Shown: positions 9,579-20,353, counted from the stretch's first letter. The stretch is 64,000 nt of DNA from Sedimentisphaeraceae bacterium JB056 (GCA_044440125.1 JBITAJ010000022.1:256001-320000); one strand, 5' to 3'. The notes: generated from the letters alone by a model not told the origin. Translations and numbers: made by a program.

Positions 9579-10718
9579 ATGACCAAAGCCAAAAAAGTTG
9601 CCCTGCTTATAGAAACCTCGACTTCCTATGGCAGAACATTAATAAGAGGAATTCTGCAGTATGCCAATGCCGCAACATCATGGATACTCTACAATGAGCC
9701 GCGAGGGTTCAGCGATGAACTCCCAAGTCTTTCAGGGCGTAATTTTGATGGCATTATAATGAGAGATACAAAGGGGAATATGCCTCTTCTAAAGCTTGGA
9801 ATACCAACAGTTGTCTCAATACGCTATGAAAAACAAATAGACAACGTACCCAATATAATCAGTGATTCTGAAAAAATTGGCAAACTCGCCGCCGAGTACC
9901 TGACCTCGAAAGGTTTTGAAAATTTTGCATTTTGTGGATTTGACAATATGCCATGGTCATTGGAGCGCGAAAAAGTATTTAGAAATGCAATAAACGGCAA
10001 GACATACGTTTTCCAGAAAAACAATAAACAAGCTGACTACAATAGACAACTAAAAGAAATGTCTCACTGGCTCAAATCGCTGCCAAAGCCCATTGGTTTA
10101 ATGGCGTGTAATGATGTCAGAGGAGCAAACGTGATTGAAGCCTGTAAATTGGCCAACATCAAAATACCGCAGGAAATATCCATACTTGGTGTTAACGATG
10201 ATGACATGATATGCGAAATGACCTCTCCGCCATTGTCTAGCATATCTCTCGATATCGCTCGAGGAGGCTATGAAGCGGCCAGAACATTAGACATAATGAT
10301 GAGAGAAGGTATTGACAATATCAGCAATATTATTATAAAACCTAAAGATGTAGTCACTCGATCATCAACGAATATTCTCACAATTGATGACCCGGACGTC
10401 GCCCGGGCACTTTATTTCATATCAGAAAACAGCAGACAGAACATACAAGTCACTGATGTTGCTGACCATGTCGGTATTAACAGACGCAGCCTTGAAAGGC
10501 GATTTAGAAAAACTCTGAATAAAAGTGTATACGATGAAATTAAACGGATTAGAATAGAAACCATGTCTAAAATGCTGACAGAAACAGACATACCGATTTC
10601 TGAAATAGCATATAAAATGGGCTTCAATGATGCTAATCATATAGCAAGATATTTCAAACTTGAAAAGGGAATTTCACCTCTTGATTACCGCAAATCGCAC
10701 GCCGCAGATTCACTGTAA
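9579..10718 (+). CDS. XylR-family transcriptional regulator (periplasmic-binding-fold sensor plus C-terminal AraC HTH)
   Basis: KVALLIETSTSYGR, WLKSLPKPIGLMACND, LGVNDDDMICE, VVTRSST, RRSLERRF and GFNDANHIARYFK motifs. Confidence 0.9.
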   Translation: MTKAKKVALLIETSTSYGRTLIRGILQYANAATSWILYNEPRGFSDELPSLSGRNFDGIIMRDTKGNMPLLKLGIPTVVSIRYEKQIDNVPNIISDSEKIGKLAAEYLTSKGFENFAFCGFDNMPWSLEREKVFRNAINGKTYVFQKNNKQADYNRQLKEMSHWLKSLPKPIGLMACNDVRGANVIEACKLANIKIPQEISILGVNDDDMICEMTSPPLSSISLDIARGGYEAARTLDIMMREGIDNISNIIIKPKDVVTRSSTNILTIDDPDVARALYFISENSRQNIQVTDVADHVGINRRSLERRFRKTLNKSVYDEIKRIRIETMSKMLTETDIPISEIAYKMGFNDANHIARYFKLEKGISPLDYRKSHAADSL

Positions 10719-10759
10719 CTTCCAACTAATTCAGCAATCATATACTCCAGGATTTAGCA

Positions 10760-13177
10760 TCACCATACTATCTGGAGACTGCCTGTAACATTTCTCAGGA
10801 TACAGCACTCCTGAATCGGGTCATATTCATACTCAAGCCAATCGCCTGTAATAAAAGGCCACTGCGGCTGATGAAGCACCCTTACTTTATCACCCGACTC
10901 TGGCGGACAATAGAAACGCAACGTCGCATTTTTGAGCCCATCAACGGAAATTCGCCGACTAACGCCAACCTCTCCAGATATTTGCTCTTTGCATGAAATC
11001 TCTGATTCATCAGCTTGTTCAACGAAAACACGGCACTCATATCGCCATGCTCGTGGGAAACGGTAATGTGAACACCCGCCAGAAAGCAAAGTTTCCAGAC
11101 CGATAAGAATCGGAGCCCCCTGCGGCATCTTCCAGCTTACGCCTGCTGTTGTATTTCTCGAGTATCCCGAAAAATAGAATGCCCCTTTGTTTCTCGAAAT
11201 ACAGAACGACGGTGAACGCTGGAGCCGGTTCTGTTTATCAACATTGAACTCATAACCAAAAATCGCAAGCATCTGCCTGAACAAGAGAGATGCATCGGCA
11301 TATTTCTGCCTGTCATACTCTTTTAGCAAATGACAATCTTTGACATAACTTCCTGAATTACTGCCTCTAATCCAAGCCGCCGTTCCCTTACCGGCAGTAC
11401 AATTAACAGCATAAGCCCTTGTCTGTCTGCCGTCAGAAACACTTGCTAAAATCTGTGTTCTTTTACTTACTCCGCAGCATCCGCCGCCAGAGGCCAGTTC
11501 CTCATGCATAAGCGATTTAGGCGAAGAAGCCAATTCATCACTGCCTTTCAGAGACCAATCAAGCGAAAGCTCTCCGCTTATCGAAGATTCCAATTCAATA
11601 CCCAAAAGATCAAGAATCCTCTGATCAGCATTTCTTGCCGGCCCATAGAACAAGACATTGCCGCGATCAACAATAAACTTCACCAGAGAATCTACAACTT
11701 CCGCCCCTTCAGAAGGCAACGGGGTTACGATTACACTACCGGAAAGTTTTTCAGGAGCCCGCTTGCATACATCTGAAAAACCGAAAGAAGATACGACTGT
11801 ATTCAGCGGCACAGAATCATTTATAACATCACGAATAAACCAGTCACCAAAGAACACTTCTTCAAGCTGTGGGTCATCACCAAACGTCTGATCATGGTAC
11901 TGATCGAAAGGATACAACCATACTAACGGCCCCGCCGCATCCGGAGCATTCTTCAATCCTTCGTTAAAATGAGGCGTAATTTCAAGCGGACATTCTATTG
12001 GCATCCTGCCGTAAGAATCGTCTACCGTAAGGAGTTCAACTGCCGCCGCGGTCTCAGTATCACCGTTATTGTCTATCCTTGATACTGCCAGAGGCATATA
12101 TATATCATGATAATTTTTACCATAACGATCAATCCATGGGCTGTTGAGCCACCACGGATCATGCACATAAAACCGAAATACAAAATAAGGGTTATCCTTC
12201 GGAACCTCCGCTATATGCGACATATAGCCAGCAAGTTCAAGGCCGAAATCACCATCAATTGCCGCCCAAGGTGAATTCGGAGGAGTTGTCATATTAAAAC
12301 CACCGTTATAGATGCCCTTCAAATCAACAGCATCGGTTGACAAATCTACGCCTGTTGTAAGATTTGTACCTCTGGTCTCAATCAAATAATTGGGGCATTC
12401 TCTTCGGAAATTGTGCCAGAACGCAACTACTCTTTCACGAAGTTCCGCAGCCTTTTCTGAATCAAAAAATTCACCATCAAACAGCAGACCAGGAACTTGC
12501 CATGTTTCAGTACCAAAGCCAAACCCATTAGACAGCCAGATATAATCAAATCCCATATCATCCATAAAACATTGGGATTGTCTGCCAAGAAAAGTTCCGA
12601 TATGAGTACCTTCAGCAATGCCATCAGGAAAACCTGCATACGAAACATTATCTGCCTTAAGCGTAGAGACGCAAGCCACAAACTTATTTTGTCCCTTGCC
12701 AATGGAATCCGCTATGCAGATTTCAGGATGCCTCTCATACTTAAACGGAGATTTAGCAAACTCCGGCCCTGGATCGAATGTTGTGCCTACTCTCACCTGC
12801 TTGCCAAGCAGATTCGAGCCAACGCGTTTTATCGACTCGACAATCCGCTTCAAGTCACAGTAAGTTATAGTGGCCGGTTTTTCCGTATATAGATAGAATG
12901 TCGAATGAAGACATTTTCCATCAGGATCACGCACAACATTACCCTTTGGATTAGCCCCGCCAATATATTTTGCCCATTCAATCTCTGCATCAAGGTTCCC
13001 GCGATAATCGAGCAATTCCGAGCCATCGGCTGTCCATAGCAACACAGAAACAATATTTGCATTGTCAGTCAAACTCTTCCACTGACTGAACAGCTCACGG
13101 CACACACCTTCTACATACTCATCCTCTGTCCGCAAAAACGGCTTAAGACTCATCTCAAGTGTAACATTCTTCAACAT
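10760..13177 (-). CDS. Hypothetical 805-aa cytoplasmic protein; possible TIM-barrel carbohydrate-active enzyme
   Basis: Long ORF with GAGG RBS and no signal peptide; aromatic/acidic motifs TFDPGPEF, GFDYIWLSNGFGFG, ETRGTN, FRFYVHDPWW; directly downstream of the isomerase. Confidence 0.6.
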   Translation of the reverse strand: MLKNVTLEMSLKPFLRTEDEYVEGVCRELFSQWKSLTDNANIVSVLLWTADGSELLDYRGNLDAEIEWAKYIGGANPKGNVVRDPDGKCLHSTFYLYTEKPATITYCDLKRIVESIKRVGSNLLGKQVRVGTTFDPGPEFAKSPFKYERHPEICIADSIGKGQNKFVACVSTLKADNVSYAGFPDGIAEGTHIGTFLGRQSQCFMDDMGFDYIWLSNGFGFGTETWQVPGLLFDGEFFDSEKAAELRERVVAFWHNFRRECPNYLIETRGTNLTTGVDLSTDAVDLKGIYNGGFNMTTPPNSPWAAIDGDFGLELAGYMSHIAEVPKDNPYFVFRFYVHDPWWLNSPWIDRYGKNYHDIYMPLAVSRIDNNGDTETAAAVELLTVDDSYGRMPIECPLEITPHFNEGLKNAPDAAGPLVWLYPFDQYHDQTFGDDPQLEEVFFGDWFIRDVINDSVPLNTVVSSFGFSDVCKRAPEKLSGSVIVTPLPSEGAEVVDSLVKFIVDRGNVLFYGPARNADQRILDLLGIELESSISGELSLDWSLKGSDELASSPKSLMHEELASGGGCCGVSKRTQILASVSDGRQTRAYAVNCTAGKGTAAWIRGSNSGSYVKDCHLLKEYDRQKYADASLLFRQMLAIFGYEFNVDKQNRLQRSPSFCISRNKGAFYFSGYSRNTTAGVSWKMPQGAPILIGLETLLSGGCSHYRFPRAWRYECRVFVEQADESEISCKEQISGEVGVSRRISVDGLKNATLRFYCPPESGDKVRVLHQPQWPFITGDWLEYEYDPIQECCILRNVTGSLQIVW

Positions 13178-13195
13178 ACTTCACCTCTCTATATC

Positions 13196-14683
13196 TTATG
13201 CTTCCCTTGCAACAACAACACATTCAATATCAAGCGTTTTAGCAAGCATCTCTATCTCTTTTGCCTTATGTCCAATTCCAAGAGCAAGGTGATGCGTAGG
13301 CCCTTCAATCGACCATTTTTCAATAAAGGTCGCAACATCAGGTTTAAACTTGCCTCTTGTATTGGTATTTCCTGTTGCCGGAACAATACCCGCAACAGAC
13401 TCACCTTCAGCAACCACAAACTTGAATCTGCCATCGAATGTCTGGGTAATACCAAGCATAGTAATAGGGCCGTTCTTCAATGCAAACTCAACACTTGGGC
13501 CGCTGCCTCTTTTGCCGTGAAGGACACTGAGGCTTCTAAGTATCGGTTGGCCTTCGGCAATCTTTATATGATGAGGCCCATCATGGCCTACAAGTACAAA
13601 GTCTCCATCAAAATCAAGCGGATGAAGCTCCGCAAAAGAACCGCCGGCACCAAGACGATCCATAATCATCATCGCAACACAGTTCTTTATATCATACTCA
13701 CCGGCAATAGGCACACCCCTGCCTGTAAGCAGTGAAGCACCGACTATAAGGCTGCATCCAAGCTTCTCATATGTATTTCCTGCAAGCCCTCTGTAATAGT
13801 AAGCAAGTCCGTCAAGCTTGAAATCCTCTACAAGCTTATCCATTGCCAACGAGACCTTCGCAACCCATTTCAGCTCTTCAGGATCAACCTCACCTGCCAA
13901 AGGATCACTGCCCGGTTTTGGGAAATGGAATATATCCTTTATAAGCCCAACTCGATTTTCAACATCCGAATCGCTTATGCCGTCAACGCATTTCTGAAGG
14001 TCGTCCATTTCTATGTGTTCAACATGCATTCCAAACTTGCCGTCAAACATTGTAGGATCGGAGTTCATATCAAGCATGCCCTCATAAACATGTCCCATAA
14101 GCCCAATGTGTGATTTGCGAAGAGCATTGAGACAACGCCCCACTTCAAGCCATGACTTAAGCTTCTTGGCAACACGCTTGTCGCCGTTGAGCTGGCCGAC
14201 TATTATATCAGCAGGCTTGACACCCGACCTGAGCATCGCACAGCTTATCTCCGGCAAACTTGTCACATTGTCATTCTCCAATTGCTTTACAGTCGTAGCA
14301 TTCTCATAATCAAGATGAGCATCAGGCTGAAGCGCTACAAGCAGCACAGGTCTGCCGACTTTCTGCACAACCGGCAAAGCGTTCGATGAAACACTGTAAG
14401 TAAAGACATTGCAAATCAGCAAGTCAACGTCAAGAGCATTAAGCTTCAACCCTGCCTCATAAGCCTTAGCTGAGTTATCAACTACACCGGCATCTTCAAC
14501 GTGAAAACCCATATCAGTCAACTGCTTGGCAAATGTGTTATGATGAGCTATTAGCTTATCCTTTAATCCAGCAAATTGCGGCCAGTAAGTTTCAAGGCCA
14601 ACCGCAAACAAACCAACCTTAACAGGCAAACTTTCACGCTTAAAATATGATTCAAAAACTTCATTCATCGTATATACCTTCAA
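13196..14683 (-). CDS. L-fucose/L-arabinose isomerase family protein
   Basis: VGLFAVGLETYWPQF, AGEYDIKN, GGSFAE, GHDGPHH and GPTHHLALGIGH metal-binding motifs. Confidence 0.85.
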   Translation of the reverse strand: MKVYTMNEVFESYFKRESLPVKVGLFAVGLETYWPQFAGLKDKLIAHHNTFAKQLTDMGFHVEDAGVVDNSAKAYEAGLKLNALDVDLLICNVFTYSVSSNALPVVQKVGRPVLLVALQPDAHLDYENATTVKQLENDNVTSLPEISCAMLRSGVKPADIIVGQLNGDKRVAKKLKSWLEVGRCLNALRKSHIGLMGHVYEGMLDMNSDPTMFDGKFGMHVEHIEMDDLQKCVDGISDSDVENRVGLIKDIFHFPKPGSDPLAGEVDPEELKWVAKVSLAMDKLVEDFKLDGLAYYYRGLAGNTYEKLGCSLIVGASLLTGRGVPIAGEYDIKNCVAMMIMDRLGAGGSFAELHPLDFDGDFVLVGHDGPHHIKIAEGQPILRSLSVLHGKRGSGPSVEFALKNGPITMLGITQTFDGRFKFVVAEGESVAGIVPATGNTNTRGKFKPDVATFIEKWSIEGPTHHLALGIGHKAKEIEMLAKTLDIECVVVAREA

Positions 14684-14732
14684 TTATATATTCTTTATTT
14701 TTTCAATTGGTCGCAATAACAGCCTTATCATT

Positions 14733-15479
14733 TCAACCCCATTGTTCGGTTAACTGTTTTGCGGCCTTCCTGAGTTGATCAAGTATATCGGTTTTAATCT
14801 CTTGAGAAAAACGAACAGTAGGCATGCTTATTCCCAAAGCCGCTATTATCTGACCAGAGCTGTCCTTAACCGAAACCGCAACAGCGCTCACTCCTTCCAC
14901 TGCCTCATCCGATGTTACCGCATACCCCTGCTTCCTCACAGTTATCAATTCCTGCAGGATATCATCTTCGCCGCAGATAGTCTTATCAGTAAACTGCTTC
15001 AGGTCGTGCTGTTTGAGAAAGCTTGCAAGAATATCGTTACTCATTGAAGCAAGTAATATTTTGCCATAACCTGTTGCATGCGCATACCCCATGTCATCAC
15101 CCGACTCTTCAACACGCAACTGCCTGTTGGCTGTTATATGCAGAATCTTTGATATAACGCCTTGCTCAACGGCTGCAAGCACTGCGGTCTCACCAACCTC
15201 ACTAACAAGAGCCTCAACAACAGGCTTAGCACTTTCTGCCATTACATTGTCAATCTGAAAACCTTTTGAAAGTTTGAGCAGCTTCACACCAAGTCGATAT
15301 TTCTTATTATCATCCTGCCATAGATAACCTCTGCTGCTGAGAGTAGAAGCTATATTGTGAGCACTGGTCAAGCCAATATCAACACGCCGTGCAAGCTCCC
15401 TTACGCCAAGCCCCATAGGTTCTTTCGATATTTCTTCTATTATACTCAGGCTTTTGTCTACACTTTGAATCAATCCCAT
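14733..15479 (-). CDS. IclR-family transcriptional regulator
   Basis: IQSVDKSLSIIE HTH start; YRLG, HATGYGKILLA, VRKQGYA and AALGIS motifs. Confidence 0.92.
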   Translation of the reverse strand: MGLIQSVDKSLSIIEEISKEPMGLGVRELARRVDIGLTSAHNIASTLSSRGYLWQDDNKKYRLGVKLLKLSKGFQIDNVMAESAKPVVEALVSEVGETAVLAAVEQGVISKILHITANRQLRVEESGDDMGYAHATGYGKILLASMSNDILASFLKQHDLKQFTDKTICGEDDILQELITVRKQGYAVTSDEAVEGVSAVAVSVKDSSGQIIAALGISMPTVRFSQEIKTDILDQLRKAAKQLTEQWG

Positions 15480-15495
15480 TTTGCTTCCTGTTCTT

Positions 15496-15556
15496 TATTA
15501 AGGAACACTGTTTCTTTTAATAAAACAATATTACATTTTTGCAACGAATATGTCAA
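15496..15556 (-). promoter_or_regulatory. sigma70-type promoter of the iclR operon with a downstream palindromic operator
   Basis: Minus strand TTGACA (15556-15551), 17 bp, TAATAT (15533-15528). Inverted repeat TATTAAGGAACACTGTTTCTTTTAATA (15496-15522) resembles a KdgR-type GAAACAnTGTTTC box. Confidence 0.55.
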
Positions 15557-15628
15557 CATGTAAAATCCCTAAAATGCGTAGAATCAAAATTATATTTTGC
15601 TTATAGATGGCTATTAAACAAATTTTTC

Positions 15629-15659
15629 TTGACATTAAACATGTTTTGATGTATCAAAA
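15629..15659 (+). promoter_or_regulatory. Candidate GntR operator overlapping the gntR promoter
   Basis: TTGACA at 15629-15634; near-perfect palindrome TTTTGATGTATCAAAA at 15644-15659. The -10 element is not clear. Confidence 0.45.
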
Positions 15660-15705
15660 TAGGGATTAAAAACAGTATCACAGAAATATAATAAAGATTA
15701 ATGAT

Positions 15706-16407
15706 GTGGCAAATATAGATTTTACTACAAAATTAGACAATGAGCACATGGAAATCACCCTCTCGCAACGAGTATACACTGCCCTGCGAGATGAGATTGT
15801 AGGCGGCCATTTAAAACCTGGCACTCGCCTTACAAGACGTGGAATAAGCAAAAAGCTTGGAGTAAGCCAAAACCCTGTGACCGAAGCACTCATGCGGCTG
15901 GAAATGGATGGTTTCGTAGAGAACAAGCCTCTATACGGCTGCCGTGTACGAATTTTGACTATTGACGACATAGAGAACGATCAAATACTTAGAGAGGCCA
16001 TTGAATGCCAACTCGCAAGATTATGCTGCCAGAATGCAGAACCGCAAGAAATCAAGATTTTAGAGCAAAAGGCTGCTGAATTGGACAGGATTACCGCACA
16101 AGGAGACCCGCAATCAAGCCTCGGAATGAAAATGCACCTCGATTTCCATATACTTATAGGTAAAGCAGGAAAGAAATGTCCATATTTAATTGACGAACTT
16201 GAACGAGTATGGCTTAGGAGTTTGATGCGGCTGAATTGGATAAAAAGTTCACTGTTTGGAAAATTACCGGACAACTGGCATACTGAGCTTGTAAAAGCGT
16301 TGAAAGGCAAAGCCCCTGATATCGCAGAGAAGGCGATGAGATCGCATGTAAAGAAGAATGAACAATATGATATTGAATCTCTTGAGATAATACAGAAAGA
16401 AAAGTAA
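15706..16407 (+). CDS. GntR-family regulator (FCD domain)
   Basis: LSQRVYTALRDEIVGGHLKPGTRL...LGVSQNPVTEALMRLEMDG HTH; FCD-type C-terminus AEKAMRSH. Confidence 0.9.
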   Translation: MANIDFTTKLDNEHMEITLSQRVYTALRDEIVGGHLKPGTRLTRRGISKKLGVSQNPVTEALMRLEMDGFVENKPLYGCRVRILTIDDIENDQILREAIECQLARLCCQNAEPQEIKILEQKAAELDRITAQGDPQSSLGMKMHLDFHILIGKAGKKCPYLIDELERVWLRSLMRLNWIKSSLFGKLPDNWHTELVKALKGKAPDIAEKAMRSHVKKNEQYDIESLEIIQKEK

Positions 16408-16421
16408 TAGGTATAAAATTC

Positions 16422-17396
16422 ATGAAGACAAAAGTTTTAATAGTTGACAGAGTTTACAAACGTTCACAGGAGATATTCTCCCAGGCTAATGATATTGAAT
16501 TTATCGTTGTAAGCAAAGAAGAGGAACAAATCGCCGCGGCTGTTAAGGATAATAATGCCAATGCAGTTGTACTGGCAACTGACAAATACACAGGACCATT
16601 GTATGATTCTCTTGGTCAGAAAGCATTGATAGCACGTTACGGTGTTGGACATGATGGTATTGAGAAGACTAAAGCATCGCAAAACAATCAATATGTAACA
16701 ATAACTCCCGGAGTTTTGGATAATTCTGTTGCAGAACATACCATCTTTCTTCTTGGTGCTCTTGCAAGAAATATCGCATCCTCAAATTCAGAAATAAAAA
16801 ACAATTCATGGAAAAAAACAACAGGAATTGAACTTGCAGGCAAAACCCTCTCAATAATAGGGTGCGGGGCTATAGGTCGCAGAGTCGCCCAAATAGCTTC
16901 CTTTGGGTTAAGCATGAAAGTAATCGCATTTGATATAGCAAAGCTGGATGCTGAAAAACTTAAAAGAGATTACGGCATACAAAAGTTTACAAGCTCGCTT
17001 CAAAACGCCATATCGGAAGCAGATGCAGTTAGTATACATTTGCCGGCTATTGAGCCTACAAAAGATTTTGTCAATCCAGAAATGCTGTCTATGATGAAAA
17101 AGTGCGCAATGCTTGTTAATACTTCGCGAGGAAGCATAGTTGATGAGTCAGCCCTATACGATGCCCTTTCAAGCGGACAGATTGCCGGAGCTGCCATAGA
17201 TGTTTATAAAAAAGAACCCTATGAACCACAAGATTCCGAAAAAGATCTGCGTAAACTTGATAACATCATAATGACTCCGCATCTTGGAAGCAGCACGAAG
17301 GATTCATCAGATAGAATGGCTGAATGCGTTCTAAAAAATATCAGGCTCTGGAGAGAACAGGATATAAATAATATGGATATCGTCAACACAAAATAA
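16422..17396 (+). CDS. D-isomer-specific 2-hydroxyacid dehydrogenase (SerA-like)
   Basis: ARYGVGHD, SVAEH, GCGAIG, VNTSRG, AAIDVY..EP and TPHLGS motifs. Confidence 0.9.
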   Translation: MKTKVLIVDRVYKRSQEIFSQANDIEFIVVSKEEEQIAAAVKDNNANAVVLATDKYTGPLYDSLGQKALIARYGVGHDGIEKTKASQNNQYVTITPGVLDNSVAEHTIFLLGALARNIASSNSEIKNNSWKKTTGIELAGKTLSIIGCGAIGRRVAQIASFGLSMKVIAFDIAKLDAEKLKRDYGIQKFTSSLQNAISEADAVSIHLPAIEPTKDFVNPEMLSMMKKCAMLVNTSRGSIVDESALYDALSSGQIAGAAIDVYKKEPYEPQDSEKDLRKLDNIIMTPHLGSSTKDSSDRMAECVLKNIRLWREQDINNMDIVNTK

Positions 17397-17404
17397 AAGG
17401 GAAT

Positions 17405-18169
17405 ATGATAATGAACAAATTTCGTAATGCACTTCTCAATAAAGAGGTAAGTCTTGGCGCATGGATGCAGATCGGACACTGCGCAGTAGCGGAAATATTC
17501 GCAAGGAGCGGTTTTGACTGGGTATGCGTAGACCTTGAACACGGCGCGATTGATCTTGAAAAAATGACAAACATATTCAGAACAATAGATGCTTTCGACT
17601 GTACACCTGTAGCAAGACTTCCCTACAACGATCCAGTATGGATACATAGAAGCCTTGATGCCGGTGCAAGAGGCTTGATTATACCGATGGTCAATTCTGC
17701 CCAAGAGGCTGAAAATGCAATAATAGAAGCTAAATACCCCCCTCGCGGAAAAAGAGGTTTTGGATACAGCAGAGCCAACATGCACGGCATAGATTTCGAC
17801 CAGTACATCAAAACCGCAAATGGCGATATCGCAATGGTAATGCAGATAGAACATAAAGATGCAATAACGAATCTTGAAGAGATCTCACAAGTTGAAGGTG
17901 TAGACGGATTCTTTATCGGCCCTCTTGATCTTAGCGGTTCAATGGGCATAACCGGCCAACTTGAGCATCCTGATATGATTGCTGCTCTTGACAAATACAA
18001 GAGAGTATGTAAGGATTCAGGCCTAAGCGCAGGCATGCATATAGTTCGCCCTGATGAAAAAAATATCAAATCGGCTATAGATCAGGGATACACTCTAATA
18101 GCCCTTGGACTTGACAATGTATTTCTTGATGAGAGTTCCAGAGCAGTACTCAAAGCGGCAGGGAATTAG
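17405..18169 (+). CDS. HpcH/HpaI-family class II pyruvate aldolase (GarL/RhmA-like)
   Basis: GFDWVCVDLEHG, LDAGARG, YPPRGKRG, MQIEH and FIGPLDLS motifs. Confidence 0.9.
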   Translation: MIMNKFRNALLNKEVSLGAWMQIGHCAVAEIFARSGFDWVCVDLEHGAIDLEKMTNIFRTIDAFDCTPVARLPYNDPVWIHRSLDAGARGLIIPMVNSAQEAENAIIEAKYPPRGKRGFGYSRANMHGIDFDQYIKTANGDIAMVMQIEHKDAITNLEEISQVEGVDGFFIGPLDLSGSMGITGQLEHPDMIAALDKYKRVCKDSGLSAGMHIVRPDEKNIKSAIDQGYTLIALGLDNVFLDESSRAVLKAAGN

Positions 18170-18309
18170 CAGAATAACCACCGGTCACCATAATAGAGAT
18201 ATGGAATGGAGCATGGACTCTTGAGACGAAGCTGCAGGAAGCAGAACATTACATTGGCGAGTACTTCAGCAATACCGAATTAAACTGACAGAATGCTTAA
18301 ATATGTTAA

Positions 18310-20307
18310 TTACTCAGGAGTAGATTCACTCATAAGAAGCTGTGGAAGCCGGTGGATATATTTATTGTCTCCAATTTCCAACTTGAAAACATAATTGTTC
18401 ATTTCAGCAGGTTCAATATTCAGACTGACAGGCGCATCAATACCCTTTGTACGATATACAGCCGCAAAAAGAGCTGTTTTATCGTTTATCTCAAATATTC
18501 TACCAGCCTCTGTCTGCGGTTTACTGCTATCATCAAGGCTATATTGAAACTTGATAACGCTTGCTGGCTTGTCAAAGAAAACATCAATACCAAACCCAGA
18601 CTGTCCTTTTGAAAAAACCTCCGTGAAATTATAAACTTTACTAATACTCTTACGAGGAGATTTCAGATGAATCCACGGCAATGATTCAGGAAAATCATAC
18701 GGCTCATAATCCTTTACAGAACATACCTCAGATTCACCCGACACATGTGATATGAAGGCGAATTGATGCTTTTGCTCCGAAACTAACTGAAATACATCCA
18801 GCACATAATCATTCTTGACGATACAAGTACGCATCTGCTTGACACCGGGATAAAGCCGGCCCGTATAATCAGCCATTGTTATCCTTTTAACTTGCGGAAG
18901 AGAACTGTATTCAACAAGCTCAAGCCTTCTGGTAAGATCATTTTGCATAGAGTCATCAACCATAACCGTATTATGACTAACTGTATGCCTGTTAAGCCCC
19001 TTAACTACTTCCCAATTGATGCCATTTTCAACAAATCTCATTCCCGGATCAGTCAGCCACAAATGCCCATCACCGAAAAGTCTTATTGAGAGCTTGTCAA
19101 GATGTCTATGAACGTAAACATCTGAATAGCTCGCCATAAGCGTCCAATCTTTGCCGTTCCAGTAATCAGGTCCTTCATTCGTTCGCAAGAACGCATATCC
19201 CTGCTCGGGCAGCAAAACGGACTTCATATTTATATCTTCAACATCAGGCACTTTTATCTTGCCGTAAAACAATGCACTCGGATCACGCTTTTCCTGCTGG
19301 TTTATCAGCCACGCATATTTTTCATCACCAAACCGATTATAGAGTATCTCATAAGGCATACCAGCACTAAATTTAGGGCGTTTACCGTAAGTATCGGCAA
19401 CTTTTGGAAAATAACCATCAGGTAAGATAAGCTGAAAAAATGAATCATACGCCTGTTTTAAATCCCTGCCATCGGCAGTTGGTTCATAAAGACTGACAGG
19501 CGAATCAGTATTTTCAAGAATCTCTGCCATTAAAAGCATTGGCTCAAGTGCAACCAAACAATACGCAATAGATGCCTCACCCCACAGACCATCATCCCTG
19601 AAACCAAAATTCAGCATAAACTCCATACCATGTTCACTGTATATTGCATCAGTAACCATTGCAGGTTTATCATAGAATAAACCATACATACCAATGCAAA
19701 GCTTATGCCAGCACACATGATTGTTTACGGGCACACCGCCAGGATTTGTTTCAAGCCAACGATTATCATCCTCTATAACAACCGCTAAAAGTCTGGTAAA
19801 ATAATCATCTATCTTAGCTCTCTCTGCATCACTTAACGTATCATAAATAATATCGTAAGCATCCATTGCAGGATAAGCCACCCTTGCATTATTAAGAGCA
19901 TCAGTCATAGGAGGTGAAGCAAATTCATAATTACTTAAGTGAAGAAGTAAGTCTTTCGCCTTTGCCGCAAGTTCCGGCCTGAACACACTCGCTCTCGCAC
20001 AACTCTGTGCAGCAAGAGCCCACGGACGCGGCTTATGATACGTATGCAGACTTACATTCTTTACGTTTTCACTTTTAGATACCCAGTTAAAATCAAGCTC
20101 AGGTAAGTTGTCCGAATCAATACGCTGAGCACGAGAAATAAGATCTGCAGCCATTTTCGCAAAATCTCTATCCAACTTAACAGCTTTCTTAGCCCGTTGA
20201 ATATCATCCTGTGTAGTAAAAAGAAACGGATGTTTTTTTTCCTCTCCATGCAAGTTCAATGAAAAAATCAGCCCAAATACTATAACTGCAAGAAATCTAT
20301 TATTCAT
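18310..20307 (-). CDS. Heparinase II/III-type polysaccharide lyase (helical toroid plus beta-sandwich; PL15/PL17-like)
   Basis: Signal peptide; HPFLF, NNHVCW, DDGLWGEASIAY, HRHLDKLS, TDPG and HNTVMVD motifs. Confidence 0.8.
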   Translation of the reverse strand: MNNRFLAVIVFGLIFSLNLHGEEKKHPFLFTTQDDIQRAKKAVKLDRDFAKMAADLISRAQRIDSDNLPELDFNWVSKSENVKNVSLHTYHKPRPWALAAQSCARASVFRPELAAKAKDLLLHLSNYEFASPPMTDALNNARVAYPAMDAYDIIYDTLSDAERAKIDDYFTRLLAVVIEDDNRWLETNPGGVPVNNHVCWHKLCIGMYGLFYDKPAMVTDAIYSEHGMEFMLNFGFRDDGLWGEASIAYCLVALEPMLLMAEILENTDSPVSLYEPTADGRDLKQAYDSFFQLILPDGYFPKVADTYGKRPKFSAGMPYEILYNRFGDEKYAWLINQQEKRDPSALFYGKIKVPDVEDINMKSVLLPEQGYAFLRTNEGPDYWNGKDWTLMASYSDVYVHRHLDKLSIRLFGDGHLWLTDPGMRFVENGINWEVVKGLNRHTVSHNTVMVDDSMQNDLTRRLELVEYSSLPQVKRITMADYTGRLYPGVKQMRTCIVKNDYVLDVFQLVSEQKHQFAFISHVSGESEVCSVKDYEPYDFPESLPWIHLKSPRKSISKVYNFTEVFSKGQSGFGIDVFFDKPASVIKFQYSLDDSSKPQTEAGRIFEINDKTALFAAVYRTKGIDAPVSLNIEPAEMNNYVFKLEIGDNKYIHRLPQLLMSESTPE

Positions 20308-20353
20308 TTAATACCTCAAATATATATAGTTTATTGATTTGTAAATACTGAAA

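Noticed and set aside
13196..14683. araA or fucI gene symbol
   Set aside because: Family motifs are present, but no ara/fuc kinase or epimerase genes are adjacent, so the substrate cannot be fixed.
16422..17396. serA assignment
   Set aside because: No ACT domain, and it lies in a GntR/aldolase catabolic operon.
18170..18290. Short open stretch PPVTIIEIWNGAWTLETKLQEAEHYIGEYFSNTELN* after the aldolase gene
   Set aside because: It could be a 3' gene remnant, but it has no start or recognisable motif and is too short to support.
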